64,000 nucleotides of DNA, taken from contig CM022672.1 of NCBI GenBank assembly GCA_012295275.1, positions 11,098,001 through 11,162,000 of the forward strand, given 5' to 3'. This document shows positions 1 to 11,852 of the stretch, piece by piece. The notes under the pieces are model-generated. The model saw only the letters and a program-made list of their open reading frames with translations. It searched no databases and was not told the DNA's origin. Numbering within the stretch: position 1 is the first letter of the stretch; the number at the start of each line of letters is the position of its first letter. This DNA comes from Chrysomallon squamiferum (Eukaryota > Animalia > Mollusca). The translations under genes and the position numbers were made by a program.

Positions 1-450
1 GTAGTTAAAAACAGACAAAATGGTGTTTATTTATTATTATTTAGTAATGAAAAGAATGCTATTGATGATAACCAACTGCTAGCGGTAATTAAATAAAAAA
101 ATATAAAAAAATAAATTCAGTATATTGTGAGCAAAATATTTAATATGTCTACTATACCATTCACCGTCACAACATGCCTAAAACGTTTTTTTATTTAATT
201 AAGGCATAAACTATACCATATTTGAAGTTACAATCATCAAATATTTTTGTTGCGCATATACGCATTGATATTCAATAAAAATTTTGATTAGTCTTTATTT
301 ATTTTTGATAGTCAGTTATCTGTGTTTGCTTGATCTACCTTCAAACTATGAATATCTACCCATCAAGCGATAGGTCAAGCATAGGCCCATTTTAAATTTT
401 ATTTATTTATTTAACGATTCAGCATTTACTTTATGGCGAATTACTATTAC

Positions 451-484
<34 letters not shown>

Positions 485-1686
485 GAAAGGTAGTGTTGTT
501 GTTGTAGTTATTATTATTATTACTATCATCATCACCATCGTCACAATTATTTATTAATATTCGAAACCTTATGGCTTCTCGGCGACTGAAAATAATTCAG
601 TCTGACGATCGCAATAAAATATAGAAACATTTCTTCAGCAAATGTAAAATAAAATAAAAGAAATAAACAACAACAACAACAACAACACCACTACCAATAA
701 TAATAATAATAATAATAATAACAACAACAAATATAGTTAGAATATTTATAAACACAGTTAATAATTCGCATTAAAAATTATATACACGGCCGTAACATCA
801 TTGAGATAAATGAGGCAAACTGACGATTTTTTTTTTTCTCTCATTTTTTAAATATAAAATATAAATGGCTAGAATCAAGGTTTTTGCGTCTTTCATGTCG
901 GACCCCTAATTTTTTTTTTTTTGCCCCGCTCCGATCGGCGATTAACTGTTTTTGCCTCATTTCAAAAAGAGTCATGTTACGGCCATCTTACAAGAATCAT
1001 AATTATACTGGATTTATCATAAATAATTAAGATGAATATCCGAAATATTCGTCAAAACCTTTTTCTTAATTTGTATTAATGTGGCTAAAATAATAATATT
1101 AGTCTGAGAATTGAAAACACACACACACACTGTAATTACATTAGAAATGTCAATAGGAATTAAATCCGTGGGCATAAATAACAGAACTACTAAAACAAAC
1201 AAAACAACAAATAAGAATAAAAAAATTTAAAAAAAAAAATATAATATAAAATAAAATAAAATAAAACATAAATAACAAATAACTACACTATAGATATATA
1301 AAAAATTTTAAAAATTTAAAAATAGAAATAAAATTAAAAAAGTAAATAAAATTTAATAATAATAATAATAAACAAATAAAGAGGAATATATAAATATTTT
1401 ACTTGGAATTAACAAAAAATTTACAAAATAAAATAAAATAAAATAAAATAAAATAACATTTAAAAATAAAGGGGAATCAACTCATGTTGGATAATGTAAA
1501 AACTACTCGAATTTAATTTTTATTAAACAAAACTACACCAAAAGTTAATGAAAAAATTAAAAATTAATATCAGTAATCACCTAGACTTCATTTCTGTTAA
1601 TATATTTCTACACTGAATGAATGCCCTTAGCGCATGCTTCTTATTATGTATGATATGCGAATATATATATTTTCTCTCAATTTTAT

Positions 1687-1694
1687 TGACGTCA
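1687..1694. promoter_or_regulatory. Perfect palindromic CRE (TGACGTCA) just upstream of the CPEB non-coding first exon
   Basis: TGACGTCA at 1687-1694 in a locally CpG-richer segment. Non-coding exon donor C|GTAAGT at 1832 and acceptor TTTCAG| at 1957. Confidence 0.55.
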
Positions 1695-2148
1695 ACATCC
1701 AACAGAGCTAAATCGAACGAATGGCAACCTGTCGACATGAACACACCTCCGTGAACCCTAACCATGTATAACTATTTTTAGTCTGTTTCAAGCAACTCCA
1801 TTTGATCTGCGCTGTACATATTGCGATATACGTAAGTGGGCTTGGTGAGATATTTACTTAACAAAAACACATACTTGATTATTTTCAGAGACTTATTACA
1901 ATTATTATAAGCTTTTAGTACGATATCCTTGTTCTAAGTTAATAATATTTATTTCAGGTGGGGTGTCTGGAAACCCTGAACAGAAACCGCAAACAAAGAG
2001 CATTTGGTGCGAGAGTACAGCTGTAGCAGACGTGGTCTCCTTAGGAAATAGCAGACGTGGCGTAGAAAAATCAACATTTCATAGGTTGAGTAATTTTAAT
2101 CAACAAAAATAGAAGAAAAACTGGAAACAATAACATCTTAACTGGCTG

Positions 2149-5100
2149 ATGGGGGAATTTGGAACCAACACTTTAACATTCGCAAGAGCTTTATCACCAG
2201 TGTACTTGGATCATCTGGCAAACAATCAGTCGTTATTTTCTCCGGAACCACCAGCAGTTTCTGTTTGTCAAAACATGCAAGATGAACAACAGTCCCCAAA
2301 TAATTTACAAGTATCACCAAATCCTGGAAATATTTCTCCAGATCAAAGTGTGGATTTAATTTCATGCAAGGCTATTAAAAATGTTGGAATATCAGAAGAA
2401 AATGGATCGCATAATCAAATGGGGATTTCCCCGATTTGTGAATCAACAGCTGTCACAACTCAAAGTTGTTGGTCTACTGCATCTGCAGACGACACATTCC
2501 TGCAAGGATTTCAATCACTAAATGGAACTGTTACGTTTCAGCAATTTTCTCCAGCACCAAATTCGATGTTCAGTGCAGGAATACCTGGAATGAATGTCCC
2601 CCCTCCTCAAAGAAGAGCAATTACTGCCAATCACAACAGCTCCTTACGACAGAACCCCAATATTGTGATTAATAATGCTAAGAGTTATAACTGGAGTACC
2701 AGTGCACCCCAACAAACAACATTTTCTGGACAACAAAATCCAGCAACACTTTCACCTTGGGGAAGTATGCAGCAGCAAAATCAACAGCGCAGATCAGTGC
2801 CAAACATTAATGCTCTTAATCCAGTTAAAAAAAGCAGTTTTCACCAAATTCCCCCATCTTCTTTTATTGCCCCATCCAAATTTCGCAGGAGTACATCATT
2901 TCCAGGTCAGATCCACCAGGCATCATTAGGAATAAAGCCAGGTTTTGATTACCAGTCATATGATGACCTTCATCGTGACGGAATAAATTCCGTCATGTAC
3001 AATCAAGTGAGTATCAGTTAAGCCATATGTATGGCTGAAGCTGAAATTGCCGACGTCAGAATATGAGAATGTATAGATATCTTTATTATATATGAAAAAG
3101 AAAACCCACAAAAACCGATTAAATTTATTTTGCTGAATGTATTTTTTAGATTAAACTGTAATAATGATTACACAGATCACGTATTTTCTCATAAATGCCA
3201 AATGCCTGTTTGAACTGTTTCATTAAAAACGCATATAACGAATTCACCGTCATAAAAATGGGTAAAATCACATGTTGCAAAAATATAATTTAATCGATGT
3301 CATATAAATGTACTTCTTTTATTAATTATTATTATTATTATTATTAATATTATATTTTTTTCGAAACATTATAAAAAGTTACAGAATAATTACTTGGTTA
3401 AATTTTTGGGTGTACTGGCATATGTGGATCCATCTGTTGAAAATTAATGGCATAATAAAAAGGCCACTGTTCTAATATTGACAAACAACACGAATGAATT
3501 AAGAATAGCATCTCAGTACGTGTAAATATTAATGGTCATATTTAATATATATATATATTCTCTAACATTCATTATTAGAGAGAACATCAGCTATAGTTAG
3601 TGGGAAATGCTTATTTGTCACCGAAATGCCAAGGATAATATAATAGATACCTAATCATATAATAAAGTAGCTGTTGTACAATGATTGGAATGGTCAGCAT
3701 CATAGAGTCGCATTGATCTCAGAACCGCTTGTAAGATATGACCATGGAGTTTCAGCCTGAAGAATGAATGAAGTTTTCAACAAAACATTTTTAAACTATA
3801 TCTATTACTTATCTGAAAAGAACAGCTTAATTTAAATTTAAATCTGATCTTAATATATTTCATTGTTTGTCGTATTTATCAATTTTCAGTTTTATATAAT
3901 TCATTTAGCAAAACTGTTGTGAGGTATTCTTGAATTTTGCAAGATTGTAACAGAGACTGCTAATATACTTATTCATATGCTCAGCTTTAAGAGTTTTTTT
4001 AATTTCAACAGATATCAGACACCAAGATCCAGTATGCCATTTTCTTTTCAGATAGCTTGAATTCATACTGATGTTAGGAGTAGACATTCCATATGTATTC
4101 TTTTAAGAGTTTACTTAATGAGATTTATTCATACCATTACAAAATGAATGCATTAAAATATCTGTCAAAAAATTGTTTAAATGCACTATATTTTCACTGG
4201 ACAAAACCAGTCACCACTGAAATGGAGGATAAATTTAAAATAATGCATAATTTTTCATACAGTTATTTTATTTTATTTTGATGATTGCAAAATGAATACA
4301 TTTACCAGGTATATTTGCAGATGTTGTTCTGTTTCCAAAACAGAACAACAACATGGGGGCTTGTGAAATGTCATTAGCAAATACTGCAATAACATTTTCA
4401 TTTTTTCTTCAGTAAAACTTATTCAGGAAAATTTGGTCAGTCATCTTCCCTTGCATATGTATTTATAAATTGCTTAAAATACTTTTTAATGATTTGTTTA
4501 AAGATACTGAATTTAGTTATTAAGCAAAAATGTGAAAAATATAGAGTTTGATTCTAATAAGCACAAGCTTAACATGAAATGATACTGGCATGTCATCAGT
4601 ATGAACACTGATATCCTCAGGAAATGTATTTTCAGACCATATAGTTATTCTTTTTTCATGTTGGCTGTTTATGAAACAAAAGACCATGACTTAATGAATT
4701 TACATGGATGTTTACTTCCTTTCACTCCCTCCAAGAAAAAGAAGGAAAAATGACAGCAAGAAAAAACAGCTACACATTTTTTAAATTGTTATTTTATTAT
4801 AACACTTGTTCTAGGAATAAAACATTTAGATCTTCAGTTTTAAACAACTTTACATGTACTATATTTTGTCTTTGACATTTGATATAATGAGGCGTTTACT
4901 GGGTAACAAAGAAAATATTCAGATAAAAAATAAGTTATCAAAATAATATTTAATAAAATCATGGATGGACTTGTAATAAATATTTTATTAGATACTGAAT
5001 TTAAAAAAACATTTTGAACATAACAACTGACATATTTGAAGACTTGAAGATATTCAATACAATAATACCCCCACCCCAAGCATAATATAAAGTACTAAAC

Positions 5101-8100
5101 TGAGGAATATTTTAAAATTAAAGAATGTAAAGTATTATAACAATAATAACAGATATATGTAGCATGTTTTGGGGCCCATTTTTTAAGATATTTTTTTAGT
5201 GAGGTTTTTGGGGTGCTATTTATTTCCAAATACTTTTTTTTTCCAGTGCTAGAGTTCAGATAGAAATGATTGTTGAATTAGGAGCAGAAATGTGTTATCT
5301 GATGCATTTTCTAGTATCTAGGCCACAGTAGTAGAAACGGTGGGCCACACCCTGAATTGTAATATCTATAGTTTCTGTTCTTGCAAAAACATTGGTCAGT
5401 GCAGTTAATGCTGTTGCAGAACACAGCAGCATCGTTTTATTTTTTGGATTCATTAACTGCTGTTGCATTTCCAATTCCAGCTCCTTTGTATCAGTGTTAT
5501 GTTGGGGTCAGGCATACAGAATTCCAGGCATACATCTTAAACAAATTTGTACACATTCAGTTATAATTAATTCTTTATATTAAAATAGGCATTGGAGTTT
5601 TTGCTGCTAGTACAAAACATGTAGAAGTATCAGTAATCCTATTTGCATGGAGTTTTGGTTGCGAAATATGTTACAACAGCATGTAACAATAATTATACGG
5701 GTTATTAGATACCAGAAACTATAAAATTAGTTTTCATCTAATTAGAAAAACAAAAAACAAAGTTTATTATAAAAGTTTGAGTTTACTGTTATACTGTTAT
5801 AACCATTTTTTTTTTATTACTATTATTTTCTATAGGGAGACTGTAATATCAAGCAAATGGACTTAAGTAACAAAGTCAAAGAAATGAACAATGTGAATAA
5901 AAGAAGACATGGTGGTCGAAATGTAAGTTTTCTTTTTATGTGATTGGAAATTGATGCTCATGAATATATAGCATTTGGATGTTTTGCTTCAGTGATTGAT
6001 ATTTCACAAATTTATTTTACTTGCAGATATATCATTTTACAATTTAATTATCCTCTGTAAAATAGTATGGCTTGCAGAAGGGTTTTAAATATTAAATAAA
6101 ATTAAGCCAAAATCCATATGTTTTAGTTCGAAATAATTTTTGAATGCTATCAGAAGTTACATTTTTTTCTTTCTGTTGCTTCTTAATTCCCCCAAAATAT
6201 TTTCCAAAATCATTAATTTGCTAATGCCTTTTTACCTCTCAAAATATAACAAAGCTTGAAATTTATTTTATTAAATGATTAACCAGCAAAAGTAGTTCTA
6301 AGGAAAGATTACATTAGAATTAAAATTATGCCTAGAAATACCTCAAAGAAACATTTATTCTGGATTCTTATTATTATACTTATTGAAAAATATTATCTTA
6401 CCCTTAACCTCATTTTGACAAATTTTATAATTCCAGAAGTATTTGTTTGACATGTTGTTGATGCTATCAAATCAGATGTGATTGTTCCAGTTACATGAAC
6501 TTAAATGTGATAGACAATAACATTTTATTTTAATTTCATTGGAGAACATATATAATATTGTGTAAGATATCAGCACTGTATATATAATCATATAACTGCA
6601 AATAGTTAAAGGGAAAAAATCTGACTTATTATTAACTATATATTTGAAATGATACCACTCTTCACTAAAACTGACATTTGGGAATGATAATGTTGAATGA
6701 TTATTTTAAATCCTGACAAAAATATTAATATCTTATTACCTGAATTAAGGAGTTTTTGCTTTGCTTTCTAGTAACAGATATATTAATTTTTTTGTCATAT
6801 AATCTTATAATCAAGAAATAAAAATCTGTTTGAATTTGAAAAATCATTTTTATACTATTGAAAAACTTTGAATCATGCAACATGTTGTGTATCATGATTA
6901 TACTTGTTATTGTTTTCTTCAGTTTCATTGTAATAAATTTTCTTTGAAATAGTATGACAGTATGTTTTATTAAACCTTATTCACAAAAAAACACTTTCTT
7001 ACCCCAGTAAATAAAAATGGAAATGCTACAGTTTTATAAAAGCAGTTTTGTTGATAAAAAGTAAAACCAATTATATTAGCTATGTTACAGATTGAAACAA
7101 ATGTATAGTTTTTAATTTCAAACTTAATTCAGAACTTAACTATATGATCAGAACAGAAAAGACTTCTAATGTGACATGAACATTTTGATGTTAAAAAAAA
7201 AAGGTTGCTTTTGAAGAACAAAGGGAATAGATTATAATTAATTATGAATTATATTGCAGTCTGTGCTTGTTGTATCCTGTAAATCAGTTTCATTACTTCT
7301 GATCATGTCATTTATCCCTGAAAAGAAAGTAAAAATGCTTTTCATTATTTCATGTAGAAATGAGAAAAAGATTTAAAAAACAATATCTACAAGGAATTTT
7401 TATTTTTCAGGATCGTCCTGCAAGTTTTGATACAATGCGGTTTCCCACCCTAGAAACACAACTACTTGATATAATGCGGACAACTCAGGATGCACAGATA
7501 GAACAGTTTAAGGGTAAATTATAATTACATATATTATCAATCTTTTATCAACATTTGCTGTTGTAATTTAAAAAAAAAAATAAAAGTTTTTCAGACATTG
7601 TAGATAAACATTTTCCTTAAAAGTCTACCTTCACAAAAAAAAAAAAATAATAAAAATAAAAATTATTATAAATTATATGCCAGAATAATGTATATGGCAG
7701 TGAATCTAAATTGATATGAGTGGCCTCCCTTTGAAATTTTACTAGATATTTGTTCAATATTTAACTGAGTTGTTTCATTGCTTATTGATCAGATAAAAGT
7801 AGCTTGCTTCAGAACAATCATATATTGTGTAAGCCACTTTGTTCTGGGAAAACATGTTAAAACACATTTAAGTTTGAAAAAGAAAACATTTTAGTACAAG
7901 AAAAAAAAAAAATGTTTTATGGTAGAGGTGAAAGACTGAGCTTCTTTTGATGCAGCCATAATGGAATATATGGTTTATATTAGAAATGTTTGTAGCAAAT
8001 CTGACTTCAGATTTAGAAATAGCTTACATTCAGCATAGATTATAATAAATTAAAGAAAGATTTTTAAAACTACTTCATATTGATTACAATCTTTAAATTA

Positions 8101-11100
8101 GTACCATTATGTGGAAGTTTTAAAAATAACAGATAGATTTGTAATAAAAATTATTTTACATCTCTGTTTTACAGACATTATAAATTTGCAGTAACTTTTT
8201 TTTTTTTTTACAAAACTTATATAGTTTTAAAAATGTTTTAAAATCACATTGTTTTATGCATTAAAACCACAAAAGACAATCTAGTTGTTCTATTCAGTAA
8301 AAATCTTGACAATATGATTCTGTTTATTGTCTTGTAAAACATTGGTTCAGTAATTAGCATATTTGCAACAGTACAGAAGTGACAAAAAATCAAGTTCCTA
8401 ATATTTTAATGTTTTATTATCTTTTAGGTGTTATTTGTGTATATATTTATAATTTGAAAATGCTTTTCTCATAAAATACATTTTTCCTTTTTTATAGGTA
8501 AATCTCCATTTGAACTAGATGAAAATCTTTCTGCAAATCTTGACCAAACTGTTCCAAGTCTTGGATCTCCACAATCATCTCCAAATTCTCAGAATGGTGG
8601 GGAAAGAGTAGAACGATTTTCCAGAAAGGTATTTGTGGGTGGATTACCTCCAGATATTGATGAAGGTAAATATTACATAATTTGCATTTAAGTAAGTGAT
8701 TGGTTTAAAATACGTTACTTGTGGCAGACCAAATAAATGATGCTGATGAAGTAAACTCAGACCTGGCTATTACTTTAAATTTATCTTTAAGATATTTAGT
8801 AAAGATGATCAGATAATATTTTTATTAAATCAGATATAATCATTCCAGATAATTCATATTATAATGTTTGGGATATACACTTAAATGTATCTTGAAAATG
8901 TTAGAACTTCACTTATCTTGAAATGTTACACAATCTTTAAATACTAGAGATTATTGTTATTCAGGTTTATTGAGAGATAATTTTATTCAACATCTACCAT
9001 AAATTATTTTTTGAAATGTAATAAGAAGATTTATCTTAGAATCTGTAATATGCATTCATTTGCCCACATCATAATGTAATGGAATACTGATTTGTTGTTT
9101 TATCCTTTTCACAAATGAATATTTTGGAACTGAAAAGCTGAATGAATATTAAGAGAAATATTATGAATGATGAAGAAAATATGTAGCAGTAATTTTTTGG
9201 AGATGTTGTTGAGTGACTACTAATTTATTACACTTACATCAATCAGCATATCTTGAATCATTTTAAAAAGATAAAGCTGAAAATTGGAAAAAATATTTCT
9301 GTTTTATAGAAAATCTGTCATAACATTTGAAGATAATTTGAATGAAATTCCACTCCAGACTAATGACATGGTGTTTTATAAGTGCTATTTTGAAACAACA
9401 TAAAACTTGTATAACAGACCAACAAGTACATGTAAAGTAGATTTTAACAAACCAACAATCACGGAAATTCAGATTTATTAGCTATTTCTTTTTTGACATC
9501 CAAATGTCTGCAGGTTTACACTCCAGTGGACTAACATTTAATTGTATATAATTAAAATTGCATTGTATATAAAAGTTTCTATAAATTTTTGAAAAATGTT
9601 TTTAATCAAATTCCCATTTCAGTTATGCCTCATTAAAAGATAAAAGTTATTGATAAAACAGTATTAATGAAAATAAAGAAATGTATAGAGTTGAATAATT
9701 AAATATTTTATATATATATTTTAAATAAGGCTTTTCAGATCTCTTTCTTTGTGTGTGTCTCTCGATCTTTCTTTTTTTTAATTGATTCTTCAAAATAAAT
9801 GAATGAAAACACTGAGAAAGTAATTTTAAATTGTTGTTTCAGATGAAATTACAGCAGCATTTAGAAGGTTTGGACCTCTTGTTGTTGATTGGCCACATAA
9901 AGCAGAATCCAAAAGTTACTTCCCTCCAAAAGGTAATAAAAATCATGTCTGTGAATAAAAATAAATAAACATTCTAACTGATGAATATAGTTTCAATTAA
10001 TTAAAATTAAATATAAAAAAAATAAAACTTTTTCTGTTGTTTTTCAATTATTTGCTTTGTATTCCTGTTGAATGGTATTAGGAAAATTAAAACTTAGAAA
10101 AAATATATTAGAATGTGTTAACATGATATATGATTAATCTTGTAAAAGAATGAAACTGCTAGTAATATTATTCTAAATCTAACTCTTCATTTCAGGATAT
10201 TGCTTTTTGATATTTCAAGATGAAATGTCTGTACAACATCTTATTGAAGCTTGTTTAATGGATGAAGATAAACTGTATTGGTGTGTTTCCAGCCCAACAA
10301 TGAAGGACAAACCAGTATGTCTTTTTATCCAATATTTTCATTCTGCATATGTTAAATTAAAAGTTTAAAAAACTTTGAAAAATAATAAAACACTTTAAAT
10401 ATTTCTGATTATAAAGATCTGAAAAATGTTGTTCAAGATAGAATGAATTTTGTTAAAGACTATAGAATATGTCAATGTAAACCAATAAACTACATGTAAA
10501 ACATTTTTTAATCAGCTTTTTTAGATGATTAAAATATATTTATCTTTTGTTCATACACTGATCATTTGCCCTTTTCTCTCAAACATAGGTTCAGATTCGA
10601 CCATGGAATTTAAGTGATTCTGATTTTGTAATGGATGGATCACAACCATTAGACCCAAGGAAAACAATATTTGTTGGTGGTGTTCCAAGGCCTTTACGTG
10701 CAGGTATAAAATATCTCTTAAATGGGTTTTCTTTTTTCAGTACAGGTTCCATTTCGATACATTTCTCTATATTTATTGTTATTGTTTTTATTATTTCTGT
10801 AAGCCATCATTATACATGATGGCCTTTAAATCTTGTATTTCTCAGTATACATCCTCCAAATAACAATAAACCTTTTTATATTTCTCTGTCAGTTTCTTGG
10901 TTCATCTGAAAATAACTAAAGCAAAATGTCTTTTTTTTAACATTATATTAAATTAAGTGTTCTGTCCAGATTTTTTAAGTAACAGAACTGTTTGTTTTCT
11001 TTTGTATTAATGCATGGATAAATGCCGTACACAAACATTTTTGTCTTCACAATATTAGGTATCAAGTGCAATAGGCACAAAAGTAGATTGAAATGATGAT

Positions 11101-11852
11101 GAAGCAAAAGCTATAAAAAATTTAATTTATTATCTGTTTGTTTTCATATTTTATTAACATGGTTTGATGATCATAAATAGAAAACGGGTTGAATTTGGTT
11201 AGTAACATTTTTTTTTTTTCCTCAAAGTGGAACTTGCCATGATTATGGACCGTCTGTATGGAGGAGTTTGCTATGCAGGAATTGATACAGACCCAGAATT
11301 AAAATACCCTAAAGGAGCAGGAAGAGTTGCATTTTCAAATCAGCAGAGTTACATTGCTGCCATTAGTGCAAGATTTGTCCAACTTCAGCATGGAGACATT
11401 GATAAAAGGGTAATTGATTAAATGTGTTTGAAAATATTACAGTGGTTTTCATAAATGTTTAGGTTAAGATACTTCAGAATTAATTCAGTTTTAATTTGTC
11501 CTTATCATTATAATTAATTTCCATTAGAAATGTCTTTCATGCTAACAACTTTCAATATGTTTGAAAGCAGATAAAAATATTTTCAAAGATAAGACCAATA
11601 AAATATTGTTATATTGTCTTTTAGGTTGAAGTAAAACCATATGTTCTTGACGATCAGATGTGTGATGAATGTCAGGGTGCAAGATGTGGAGGCAAGTTTG
11701 CACCCTTCTTTTGTGCAAATGTTACATGCTTGCAGTACTACTGTGAGTACTGTTGGGCACAAATTCATTCACGTCCAGGAAGAGAATTTCACAAGCCTCT
11801 TGTCAAAGAAGGAGCTGATAGGCCAAGAGCAGTGCCATTCCGTTGGTGCTAG
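2149..11852 (+). CDS. CPEB2/3/4: Cytoplasmic polyadenylation element-binding protein, CPEB2/3/4 (Orb2) subfamily, about 620-661 aa depending on cassette exons
   Basis: Coding exons 2149-3006, [5836-5922], 7411-7513, [7793-7828], 8498-8665, 9843-9932, 10196-10314, 10589-10703, 11228-11409, 11625-11852; all GT-AG with phases consistent. RRM1 ERFSRKVFVGGLPPDIDEDEITAAFRRFGPLVVDWPHKAESKSYFPPKG, RRM2 [45 protein letters not shown], ZZ finger CDECQGARCGGKFAPFFC...PFRWC. Confidence 0.97.

Noticed and set aside
444-730. Opposed GTT/AAC and ATT/AAT tracts suggesting a large hairpin
   Set aside because: Simple microsatellites; complementarity is trivial.
1577-1765. 62-aa minus-strand ORF over the CPEB promoter
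   Set aside because: No recognisable homology and no downstream exons could be joined.
3579-3595. Possible 15-17-nt CPEB microexon
   Set aside because: The TAG acceptor gives an out-of-frame 17 nt; the in-frame version needs a poor GAG acceptor.
4322-4362. 13-bp perfect hairpin followed by GGGGGC
   Set aside because: Low-complexity TGT/ACA stem, and no downstream complement for the G-run.
5321-5380. GGCCACAGTAGTAGAAACG in a CPEB intron resembles the 5' end of the mammalian CPEB3 HDV-like ribozyme (GGCCACAGCAGAAGCG)
   Set aside because: I could not build P1, the UUCnCG-type L3 or the catalytic J4/2 by hand; only a P2/P3-like pairing exists. An Infernal search with HDV-like models would settle it.
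7091-7102. Possible 12-nt CPEB microexon (IETN)
   Set aside because: No pyrimidine tract and a weak donor (GTATAG).
8743-8780. CTGATGA plus short stem, hammerhead-like (similar case on the minus strand near 4570-4600)
   Set aside because: No GAAA after stem II and no stems I/III.
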